A DNA stretch of 64,000 nt from Terracidiphilus sp. (GTDB lineage Bacteria > Acidobacteriota > Terriglobia > Terriglobales > Acidobacteriaceae), in contig JBEKUP010000014.1 in assembly GCA_049514915.1 (NCBI GenBank), positions 27,887 through 91,886 on the forward strand. The letters are read 5' to 3'. Each line of letters starts with the position of its first letter. The first letter of the stretch is position 1. This document shows positions 55,082 through 63,166 of this stretch, piece by piece. The notes beneath the pieces are model-generated. The model was not told the DNA's origin, made no database searches, and worked only from the letters and a program-made list of their open reading frames with translations. A program made the position numbers and the translations under genes.

Positions 55082-55694
55082 CAATTCCTTCCAATGGACA
55101 GCCGAGCCCCTCGATTGAAAGCGCCTCAAACCTCTCCTGTGCTTCGTCAATCTTCCATGCGGCAGTTGCCTTCAGCAGTGTCTTTGCCAGGTGACTGTCT
55201 CTCGCGTTGTATCCCGCTTTGTTATCGAGAACCGCCAGCACAGTTCCAACCATCTCGCGACCATTCACCTGGCACTCTCCAATGAAAGACGGCGACCGTT
55301 TCGAATGCGAGGGAAAGGGAAGCACATCGCGGATCACCTGGCTTCTGGTATCCACAAGCACTTCAAATTCGCGCCTGCAGATCAGCCAGGATTCGGTGGA
55401 CAAGCGGTCGGAAACTTCAAATCCACCCAGATTCTTGAGACCTAAATCCTTGTGCCGCCCTTCCAGAGCAGCCACAGGCTGATTCGAGGATCGTTTGCCC
55501 ACCAGGGCTTTAGATACGTCGGACCCGCACTTCACTCCATCAAATTCATCCGCGGCCCTCGCTTCGCCGCAAATGAGTAAAGCGAGCACCAGGATTGCCT
55601 GAATCTTGAACCTGCAAGAATCGTTCCACACAGAGAGCCCCCAGTTGCGTTCGGGATCACATCGTGGATGGATTGTCGCCGATCCTGAAGCCAC
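55059..55694 (-). CDS. Hypothetical secreted protein
   Basis: 211-aa ORF in an AT-richer patch with an internal signal-like segment 'KIQAILVLALLICGEARAADE'; GTG 55631 is a plausible start. No recognisable family. Confidence 0.45.
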   Translation of the reverse strand: MASGSATIHPRCDPERNWGLSVWNDSCRFKIQAILVLALLICGEARAADEFDGVKCGSDVSKALVGKRSSNQPVAALEGRHKDLGLKNLGGFEVSDRLSTESWLICRREFEVLVDTRSQVIRDVLPFPSHSKRSPSFIGECQVNGREMVGTVLAVLDNKAGYNARDSHLAKTLLKATAAWKIDEAQERFEALSIEGLGCPLEGIATLDGGP

Positions 55695-55847
55695 CGTCGA
55701 GGAAAAGATCGCCTGGCGGCCCAGATCTAGCTAGGCGCCTTCTGCCTGCGGGATCGAAGACCATTCCGTTGCGCGTTGCACAGAAAACAAAATCGAAATA
55801 AACAATGCATTATCAATAAGTTAATCCGTTTAATTGTGCGAAATCAG

Positions 55848-55915
55848 CGCATTTTTCAAAAATGCGTTCAATTCTAAGCAACCCTTTACCTCATTTAGTT
55901 CAATTCTCTGCAACC
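55848..55915. promoter_or_regulatory. Palindrome plus 18-nt direct repeats in the AT-rich region upstream of ftsQ
   Basis: Perfect palindrome CGCATTTTT-C-AAAAATGCG (55848-55866). Direct repeats GTTCAATTCTAAGCAACC (55866-55883) and GTTCAATTCTCTGCAACC (55898-55915) are 32 nt apart. Further GCAACC/GTAACC hexamers at 55963, 55995 and 56007. Confidence 0.5.
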
Positions 55916-56199
55916 GAAACATGTCGAAAAGGCTGCCCGCAAGGTTCATGTCTCAACGAAATGCAACCACCTGAGCGGCGTTTTCGCATGTTTTGTAACC
56001 ACTTGAGCAACCTTTTCAGCTATGTAGCACGACCCTATAAGCAGCCATTTCGCGCTTAGTCCCTAGGCCCTGGCCCCTTGGTCCCTGCCTTTCACCCCGT
56101 CCCCGTAACCCCAAGGATTCCCCCTCTGCGCCCGCGGGTAAAAGCCGTCAAGCCCCGGGCTATAGTTGAGTCTGGCGACTCTCACGACCTTGCTCAGGC

Positions 56200-57570
56200 G
56201 TGACTAAGCAACGTGGTAACCCAACTCGATCCCTGCCCTGGGAGAACGAAGCGAGCGAGGAATCCCAATTCCGGCGCGAAAGGCAAAGTGTGCTCCGATC
56301 CGGACGCACCCTTCCTGGCATGCCGCTTGAAATGGTAGACCCCGACGACGACTCGTATCCCACTGCAGGCGCACGCTTTAGCGAGCCGCGCAATCCCTGG
56401 TGGCGTCCCGCCGGCACCTTCGGCCGCGTCGCATTGGGCCTTGTCACGCTCATCGCGGTGGGCGGCTTGGCGACCTCCATCTTCCTCCTTAAGACCTACC
56501 TCAGCCGCGACTCCCGCTTCCGCATCGTCGGCGCCGGCAACATCGAGGCCACTGGCCTCACCGAGGTCAGCCGCGCGGAAATGCTTCCCGTCTTCGGCGA
56601 AGACATCGGCCGCAACATCTTCTTCGTCCCCCTCGCCGAGCGACGCAAGCAGCTTGAGAACATCCCCTGGGTCGAGCGCGCCACCGTCATGCGCGTCCTC
56701 CCCGACCAGATTCGCGTCTCCCTCGTCGAGCGCCAGCCCGTAGCCTTCGTCCGTCAAGGCCAGCAAATCGGCCTCGTTGATGCCAACGGTATTCTGCTCA
56801 CCATGCCCGCTGCCATGATGGCCCAGCACCACTACTCGTTTCCGGTTGTCACGGGCCTCGATCCGCAGGATCCGCCCGCAAACCGTAAGGCGCGCATGGC
56901 ATCCTATCAGCGCCTGCTCTCTGAGCTCGACTCAAACGGCCAGCATCTTTCCGAGCAGATCTCCGAGATCGACCTGACCGACTCCGAAGATGCGCGCGTT
57001 CTCATGCCGGAGCAGGGAGCCGACATCCTGGCCCATTTTGGCGCAGACCATTTCCTTGAGCGCTATGAGCGTTACAAGGCGCATATCGCCGAGTGGCGTC
57101 AGCAATATCCAAGCCTGGCAGCCGTCGACTTGCGCTATGAACAGCAGGTGGTGCTGGAGATGGCTCATGGCGCCAGCGCCGTACAGCCCAATCAGGTTGC
57201 CTCAGCCACGCCCTCCGCAGCGCTCGTGGATTCTACTCAAGCCGCTCAGCCCGACTCCAAACCAGCGGACGTCGCACCCTCCAAACCCAAGCCCGGCCAG
57301 CGAGCCGCTGCGGATACAGCAACTCCTCCCGATGCCGGTCATGCTCCTTCGGTGAGAAAAGTAAGTGCGGACACCAGGTCGGCTGCAGGCAGCTCTTCCA
57401 GGTCTCAAGCCGCAGCCAGGAAAGCCGCCATGATCAAAGCTCTCACCGCTAAAGACAAGGCGGCCCGGGACAAAAAGAAGCGCGAGGCACGGCGAGCCGC
57501 GCTTAACGCCGGCAAGCAGAAGCCCGCATCCACAACCCACCGGTCCACGTCTGCGGCGGAAGGCCAATAA
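56200..57570 (+). CDS. ftsQ: Cell division protein FtsQ (POTRA + FtsQ domains) with long basic low-complexity C-terminal tail
   Basis: 456 aa with a GTG start (uncertain). TM 'VALGLVTLIAVGGLATSIFLL', POTRA 'FRIVGAGNIEATGLTEVSRAEMLPVFGEDIGRNIFFVPLAERRKQLENIPWVERATVMRVLPDQIRVSLVERQPVAFV'. The tail is rich in A/S/P/K/R. Confidence 0.85.
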   Translation: MTKQRGNPTRSLPWENEASEESQFRRERQSVLRSGRTLPGMPLEMVDPDDDSYPTAGARFSEPRNPWWRPAGTFGRVALGLVTLIAVGGLATSIFLLKTYLSRDSRFRIVGAGNIEATGLTEVSRAEMLPVFGEDIGRNIFFVPLAERRKQLENIPWVERATVMRVLPDQIRVSLVERQPVAFVRQGQQIGLVDANGILLTMPAAMMAQHHYSFPVVTGLDPQDPPANRKARMASYQRLLSELDSNGQHLSEQISEIDLTDSEDARVLMPEQGADILAHFGADHFLERYERYKAHIAEWRQQYPSLAAVDLRYEQQVVLEMAHGASAVQPNQVASATPSAALVDSTQAAQPDSKPADVAPSKPKPGQRAAADTATPPDAGHAPSVRKVSADTRSAAGSSSRSQAAARKAAMIKALTAKDKAARDKKKREARRAALNAGKQKPASTTHRSTSAAEGQ

Positions 57571-57574
57571 GCGC

Positions 57575-58783
57575 ATGAGCCAGAAACAGGACAACCTCAT
57601 CGTCGTGCTGGACATTGGCAGCGCCTGGACCCGCGTGCTGGCGGCCGACTTGAACGAGGGCTCTCTGCGCTATCGAGGCCACGGCATTGTTGAGTCGGGA
57701 GGCATGCGCAAAGGCCTTATCGCCGATCTGGGTCCGGCCTTCAAGGCAGTGAAGGCTGCCAACGAGCGCGCCGAGCGTGCCGCGCGCCTCAACATTGACG
57801 AATGCGTCGTCGGCGTCGGCGGTCCACATATTCGCGGCCTCAACACCAGCGACGGAATCGACCTCGGCACCCGCATGCGCGAGATTACCCGCGAGGATGT
57901 ACGCAACGCGGTCGAGCGCGCCCGCTCCATTGAAAGACCACCCGATCGCGAGATTCTGCACCTGCTCCCACGCCAGTTCATCCTCGACGACCAGCCCGGC
58001 ATCTTCGATCCTGTCGGTATGGTGGGCACGCGGCTCAAGGTCGATCTGCATATCGCAACATGCTCCGGCAGCGCGCTGCAAAGCACCGTCACCTGCGCCA
58101 ATCGCGCCGGCCTTGAGGTCTCTGAAGCAGTCCTCGAGTCCATCGCTGCCGCCGAGGCCACGCTTTCAGCCGACGAGCGCGAATTAGGCGTTTGCCTCCT
58201 CGACATTGGCGCACACTCCAGCGACCTCGCCGTCTTCTTTGAGGGCGCGGTGGCGCATACAGCTTCCGTCCCCATCGGAGGCCAGCACTTCACTAACGAT
58301 CTTGCCGTCGGCCTGCAAGTGCCCGTCGCCCAGGCCGAGGAACTCAAGCGCCATTATGGAAACGCCGTCGTCACCGCCGTGCCCCAGTTGGCCGAGATCG
58401 AAATCGTTGCTCCTACACCTCGCATGCTCTCGCTGCGCACCATTGCCGAAATCCTGGAGCCTCGTGCGCGCGAATTGCTTTATTTTGTAAAAGAGAGCCT
58501 GCGCCAGGGTGGAGTAGTCGATGCGCTTGGCGCGGGTTGCGTACTCACGGGCGGTGGTGCCATGCTTCCGGGTATGCTCGATGTGACGGAAAGCCAGTTG
58601 CGCGTCACGGCGCGTACCGGCATGCCGGTGCGTCTGTCGCATATGCCTGGAGAACTCGTTCACCCAGGGTTCGCAACCGCGATCGGCATGCTTCTCTACG
58701 CCCATCGCGCCCGCGTCACCCGGGCGGCGGAGAGCAACAGTTTGCGTTCAAAGCTGCGTGCTATTTTTGCAGCCAGTTTTTAG
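57575..58783 (+). CDS. ftsA: Cell division protein FtsA
   Basis: 402 aa. '[15 protein letters not shown]', '[14 protein letters not shown]', '[13 protein letters not shown]' (actin-like ATPase motifs). Confidence 0.93.
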   Translation: MSQKQDNLIVVLDIGSAWTRVLAADLNEGSLRYRGHGIVESGGMRKGLIADLGPAFKAVKAANERAERAARLNIDECVVGVGGPHIRGLNTSDGIDLGTRMREITREDVRNAVERARSIERPPDREILHLLPRQFILDDQPGIFDPVGMVGTRLKVDLHIATCSGSALQSTVTCANRAGLEVSEAVLESIAAAEATLSADERELGVCLLDIGAHSSDLAVFFEGAVAHTASVPIGGQHFTNDLAVGLQVPVAQAEELKRHYGNAVVTAVPQLAEIEIVAPTPRMLSLRTIAEILEPRARELLYFVKESLRQGGVVDALGAGCVLTGGGAMLPGMLDVTESQLRVTARTGMPVRLSHMPGELVHPGFATAIGMLLYAHRARVTRAAESNSLRSKLRAIFAASF

Positions 58784-58826
58784 CGGTTGGTTTTTTATAG
58801 TCTTCAATCGGGAGGCCGAAATCGAA

Positions 58827-60389
58827 ATGGATCAGACGGGTCAGCAGAGCAACGATGCCAGCGGGATGCGGATTCAGTATCATGACGAGGCGGTACGCGG
58901 GGCCCGCATCAAGGTAATCGGAGTGGGCGGCGGCGGCGGCAACGCCGTCAATCGCATGATCCAGGCCCGCATGGAAGGCGTAGAGTTTATCGCCGCTAAT
59001 ACTGACGTACAGGCGCTCAAGCTGTCTCAGGCTCCCGTGAAGCTCCAGCTTGGAGTCCGCCTCACTATGGGCCTCGGCGCAGGCGCAAACCCCGACGTGG
59101 GCCGCCGTGCCGCGCTTGAAGACTCGGAGAAAATCATCGAGGCGCTCGAAGGCGCGGACATGGTCTTCGTCACCGCGGGCCTCGGCGGCGGTACCGGTAC
59201 CGGCGCAGCTCCGGTCATCGCTTCGCTCGCCAGTGAGATGGGTATTCTCACCGTCGCCGTCATCACTCGTCCTTTCGCGTTTGAAGGCAAGCGGCGTCTG
59301 CAGCAGGCAGAGCGCGGCATGGCGGAACTGCTTGACAGCGTGGATACCATGATCGTGATTCCAAACGAGAAGTTGCTCGTGGTCGCCAAGGACGCCGGTT
59401 TCTTCGAAAGTTTCCGCATCGCCGATGATGTGCTGCGCCAGGGCGTTCAGGGCATCTCCGACATCATCACTATCCCGGGCATCATTAATCGCGACTTTGC
59501 CGACGTGAAAACCACCATGGCCGGCATGGGCCACGCGGTCATGGGCACTGCCGTGCGCGCGGGCACCAATCGCGCCGTGGAAGCGGCGCAGGCAGCCATG
59601 GCTTCACCCTTGCTTGAAGCAGGCGCCATCGACGGCGCACGTGGCATCCTCATCAACATCACCGGGTCCAGTTCGCTCAAGCTTTCTGAGGTCAATGAAG
59701 CCTCGTCACTGATCCAGTCCGCCGCGCATGAGGACGCCAACATCATCTTCGGCGCGGTTCTCGACGAATCCATGGGCGAAGAGGTAAAGATCACCGTCAT
59801 CGCCACCGGCTTCCGAGACCAGATGCCCGAACGGCGTGCGCGCATGCTGAGCGTCGAAGAGGCAGCCGTCATAACCGTTCCGCTTGCCCCTATATCGCCC
59901 ATATCTCCAGCGCCCGTCTCAACAGCGTCAGTCCCGTTAGTCGCGCCCGATCAGTGGCTGAATGAACCGGCTGCTGAGCCGCCCGCCCCCACCCCCGCCC
60001 GCTTCCAAAGTCAGGACGAGGAAACCGAAGAGGAGGCATTCCTCGAAGCGGAACCCGCCTACTTCTCGTCAGCCGCATCTTCCGGCACATCCGCCGCTGT
60101 TGCGCCCGCTCCGGTGCAGGTTGCCACGCGAGCTCCGGTCGACTCCTCTCCGGAGGCGATTGCGGCTCCAGCCGTGTCGCCCCAGGCGCAGCTCGCCGAG
60201 CCGGTTGCGCCGGCAGTTTCGTATGCCGAGCCGTCCCGCGACTACGTTCCAACCCCTCCAGCCAGCTTTCTCGGATTGGCAGCCGATCAGTCCCCAGCGA
60301 ACCCATCCGCTTTGCCGTTTTCGGAGCCAGTCGAAGAAGCCGAGCGCGACCTGGACACTCCGGCCTTCATGCGCAGGCTCAGGTTTTAG
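58827..60389 (+). CDS. ftsZ: Cell division GTPase FtsZ with extended disordered linker
   Basis: ATG 58827 lies 11 nt after GGAGG. '[17 protein letters not shown]', '[13 protein letters not shown]', 'NLDFADV'-like 'NRDFADVKT'. A P/A/S/E-rich linker of roughly 170 aa precedes the conserved C-terminal peptide '[13 protein letters not shown]'. Confidence 0.95.
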   Translation: MDQTGQQSNDASGMRIQYHDEAVRGARIKVIGVGGGGGNAVNRMIQARMEGVEFIAANTDVQALKLSQAPVKLQLGVRLTMGLGAGANPDVGRRAALEDSEKIIEALEGADMVFVTAGLGGGTGTGAAPVIASLASEMGILTVAVITRPFAFEGKRRLQQAERGMAELLDSVDTMIVIPNEKLLVVAKDAGFFESFRIADDVLRQGVQGISDIITIPGIINRDFADVKTTMAGMGHAVMGTAVRAGTNRAVEAAQAAMASPLLEAGAIDGARGILINITGSSSLKLSEVNEASSLIQSAAHEDANIIFGAVLDESMGEEVKITVIATGFRDQMPERRARMLSVEEAAVITVPLAPISPISPAPVSTASVPLVAPDQWLNEPAAEPPAPTPARFQSQDEETEEEAFLEAEPAYFSSAASSGTSAAVAPAPVQVATRAPVDSSPEAIAAPAVSPQAQLAEPVAPAVSYAEPSRDYVPTPPASFLGLAADQSPANPSALPFSEPVEEAERDLDTPAFMRRLRF

Positions 60390-60704
60390 ACGTTTCAAGG
60401 GAGTTTACCCCAATGAAATTCTCTGGAGAAACAAGAAATAGGGTTGTATAGTGCAATATAGCTCTACTGACGGGACAAACGGCCTGAGAATTGCATCGTC
60501 GTTGTTCTATGAGTTTTGTCCAGAAACTGTAAGGCCGAATTCGACGGTGATTTAAATCACTTGCTGTTCAGTAAGATCGGGCTACAGTGTGTTTCATTCG
60601 CGGCTCAGATTCGAATCGATCAGAGAAACGCCGATAAGTATGCAGTAGCCTGCCGATAGGCAGAAGCACGGAACGAAATCCATTGTTGAGAGGATGTTGT
60701 CTGG

Positions 60705-61958
60705 ATGAAAGTTTCTCGCCTGTCGGCTCTTGGTATGGCTCTGATTGTCATTGTTTTTGGCGCTTTCCGCGCCGGTGCGCTGGACGCACCGCATTCGCTG
60801 CATCGTTCCAAGGCCTCAGAGTCCCGTTTGACGGAACCCCATCGCACCGCCCGTCGTCATGAAGCCGCGCATGGCGCCTCTTCCGCCACCGGCCACGCAA
60901 CGGCCAAAACAACCGCCGCCCGCGCCGGCGCACGCCGTGTGGCTGTCACCAGGCGCCATCATCGCTCCTATGAGCGCTTCTCCGCCAGCTCATTTGCCGT
61001 AGGAGCCATCGGAGAAGGCGATGTGACCGAAGGCGAAGACCCCATCGTTCGTCAGGCCGCAATCGACGCGCTGGGCGATATGAACGGCACTGCCGTGGTT
61101 ATTGACCCTTCCAACGGCCGCATCCTCGCCATGGTCAACCAGAAACTGGCGCTCTCGCCGGGCGCGGAGCCTTGCTCCACCATCAAAATCACGGTGGCCA
61201 TGGCCGCACTTTCTGAGGGCCTGGTCACCCGCGACACCATGGTCCAGCTCCCCGGTTTTCGCATGAACATGACCGACGCGCTCGCCCATAGCAACAATCT
61301 CTACTTTGAAGAATTGGGTCGCGAACTCGGCTTCGAGCGTGTGCGCCACTACGCCAACCAGTTTGGGCTTGGAGAACTGGCCGGATACAACATTCCGGGC
61401 GAGCAGCTGGGCGTCTATCCTGACCAGGAACTGCCCGCTTCCGAGGGTGGCGTGGGACGCATGTGCAGCTTCGGCCAGGGAGTCTCCCTTACCCCGCTGC
61501 AACTGGGCGCCTATGTGGCTGCTCTCGCCAATGGCGGAACGCTCTATTACCTGCAGCATCCCACGTCGCTGCAGGAAGTTGCCGCATTCCAGCCCAAGGT
61601 TAAGCGGACCCTGGAAATTGCCCGCTACGTCCCTGATCTCCAGGACGGAATGGCTGGCGCCGTGGAATATGGGACTGCCCGCCGTCTTCGCGCAAATTTC
61701 CACGAATTTCCCGTTTTTGGAAAAACCGGAACCTGCTCCAATAATGGAACTCGCTTGGGTTGGTTTGCATCCTTCTCTGACTCGCCCCAGGGCAGCCTGG
61801 TGACGGTGTTCTTCCTTGAAGGCGGCCGCCCCACCTTCGGCCCGCGCGCCGCTGAGCTCACCGGCGAATTCTATAAGAACCTCTGGGACCGCAACTGGTT
61901 TGCCGCTCACGGCCAGCAGGAAGCTGCCTCCGTCGGTGCTCCTCAATCCGCTCAGTAG
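60705..61958 (+). CDS. Penicillin-binding transpeptidase-domain protein (no dimerisation/pedestal domain; PBP or class-D-like serine enzyme)
   Basis: 417 aa with a signal anchor and a basic His/Arg/Ala-rich N-terminal region. Motifs 'PCSTIKI' (SxxK), 'AHSNN' (SxN) and 'FGKTGTC' (KTG). Confidence 0.8.
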   Translation: MKVSRLSALGMALIVIVFGAFRAGALDAPHSLHRSKASESRLTEPHRTARRHEAAHGASSATGHATAKTTAARAGARRVAVTRRHHRSYERFSASSFAVGAIGEGDVTEGEDPIVRQAAIDALGDMNGTAVVIDPSNGRILAMVNQKLALSPGAEPCSTIKITVAMAALSEGLVTRDTMVQLPGFRMNMTDALAHSNNLYFEELGRELGFERVRHYANQFGLGELAGYNIPGEQLGVYPDQELPASEGGVGRMCSFGQGVSLTPLQLGAYVAALANGGTLYYLQHPTSLQEVAAFQPKVKRTLEIARYVPDLQDGMAGAVEYGTARRLRANFHEFPVFGKTGTCSNNGTRLGWFASFSDSPQGSLVTVFFLEGGRPTFGPRAAELTGEFYKNLWDRNWFAAHGQQEAASVGAPQSAQ

Positions 61959-61990
61959 GTTCGATCCTCTCGCTGCAGTCGACTCAACAG

Positions 61991-62014
61991 AAAGCCGCCC
62001 TCAGGCGGCTTTTC
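61991..62014 (+). terminator. Rho-independent terminator after the PBP-like gene
   Basis: AAAGCCGCC-CTCA-GGCGGCTTTT: a 7-9 bp GC-rich stem followed by a short T run. Confidence 0.6.
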
Positions 62015-62187
62015 CAATGTGCCCGGCTCTTCCGATATTGGGCCAGCGTTTCCTGCTTTCCGCCCAGCTTCTCAATCCGATGAAGCGAATTCGCGATTAA
62101 ATCATCACATGAGGTGAGCGCCCGACATTTTCTTCCCCGCGGAAAGTTCCGAGTGCCTCAATTCACGCAGGCAAGAACAGGATCCCC

Positions 62188-63162
62188 ATGGAACTACCCA
62201 CACACATACTGCTGACTTACGGTTACTTCCTGCTTTTCGCCTGGGTTCTGGTGGAACAACTCGGCATTCCGCTACCTGCCACACCCGTGCTGCTGGCAGC
62301 CGGAGCGCTGTCTGCCGAGCACCAGATCAGTTTTTCTCTCGCACTCCTTGCCGGCCTCATTGCAACGCTTATCGCCGACAGCACGTGGTTCCTGGTCGGC
62401 CGCAGATACGGCCACCATGTCCTGCGCCTGCTTTGCAAGTTGTCCATGGAGCCAACCATCTGTGTCCGCCGCACTACCGACTCCTTTGGCCGCCGTCGCC
62501 GGATCACCCTGATGATCGCCAAATTCGTTCCCGGCCTGGCAACGCTTGCGCCACCGGTGGCTGGCCAAAACGGTATGGCCTTTGCGCCCTTCCTCTTCTT
62601 TGACGCCATCGGAGCCACCCTCTGGCTTACCGTTCTCCTGGTCCTGGGAAGATTCTTCGGCGATATGCTTAAGCGCGATCCAAACCTTCTCAACTGGGCT
62701 GGCCGCTTCTCGGGAGCACTTCTGGTGCTTGGCATTATTGGCTTCTTCCTCGTCCGCGTCTATCGCCGGCGCGTCGTTCTAAGGAATCTCGTTGCCTCGC
62801 GTCTCGAGCCGGAAGAGCTAAAGAAGCAACTGGACGCAGGCGAGAAGGTGTACATCGTCGACCTGCGTCATCCGCTGGAGCTTCTATCGGACCCGTTCAC
62901 GCTCCCCGGCGCGCACCACTTCTCGCCCGACACCCTGGCCGCGCGTCATCAGGAGATCTCGCGCGAGACTGACATCGTGCTCTATTGCACCTGCCCCAGC
63001 GAGGCCACAGCGGCAAAGACCGCCATGACCCTCCACAAGCTGGGAATCGACCGCGTCCGCCCTCTGCGTGGCGGTTTCGACGAGTGGAAGCGACTTGGTT
63101 ATCCGTTGGACCCGGTCCCCGTCGTCAATCCGTTCTCGAACCTCGTCTCCATCCAGAGATAA
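62188..63162 (+). CDS. DedA/VTT-family membrane protein fused to a C-terminal rhodanese-like domain
   Basis: N-terminus 'GYFLLFAWVLVEQLGIPLPATPVLLAAGAL...WFLVGRRYG' is the DedA signature. C-terminus 'VYIVDLRHPLE...DIVLYCTCPSEATAAKTAMTLHKLGIDRVRPLRGGFDEWKRLGYP' is a rhodanese fold with an active-site-loop Cys. Confidence 0.8.
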   Translation: MELPTHILLTYGYFLLFAWVLVEQLGIPLPATPVLLAAGALSAEHQISFSLALLAGLIATLIADSTWFLVGRRYGHHVLRLLCKLSMEPTICVRRTTDSFGRRRRITLMIAKFVPGLATLAPPVAGQNGMAFAPFLFFDAIGATLWLTVLLVLGRFFGDMLKRDPNLLNWAGRFSGALLVLGIIGFFLVRVYRRRVVLRNLVASRLEPEELKKQLDAGEKVYIVDLRHPLELLSDPFTLPGAHHFSPDTLAARHQEISRETDIVLYCTCPSEATAAKTAMTLHKLGIDRVRPLRGGFDEWKRLGYPLDPVPVVNPFSNLVSIQR

Positions 63163-63166
63163 GCGC

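Noticed and set aside
55862-56059. 65-aa ORF in the AT-rich region upstream of ftsQ
   Set aside because: Cys/Pro/Arg-rich with no RBS. It spans the direct repeats, which are more plausibly regulatory DNA.
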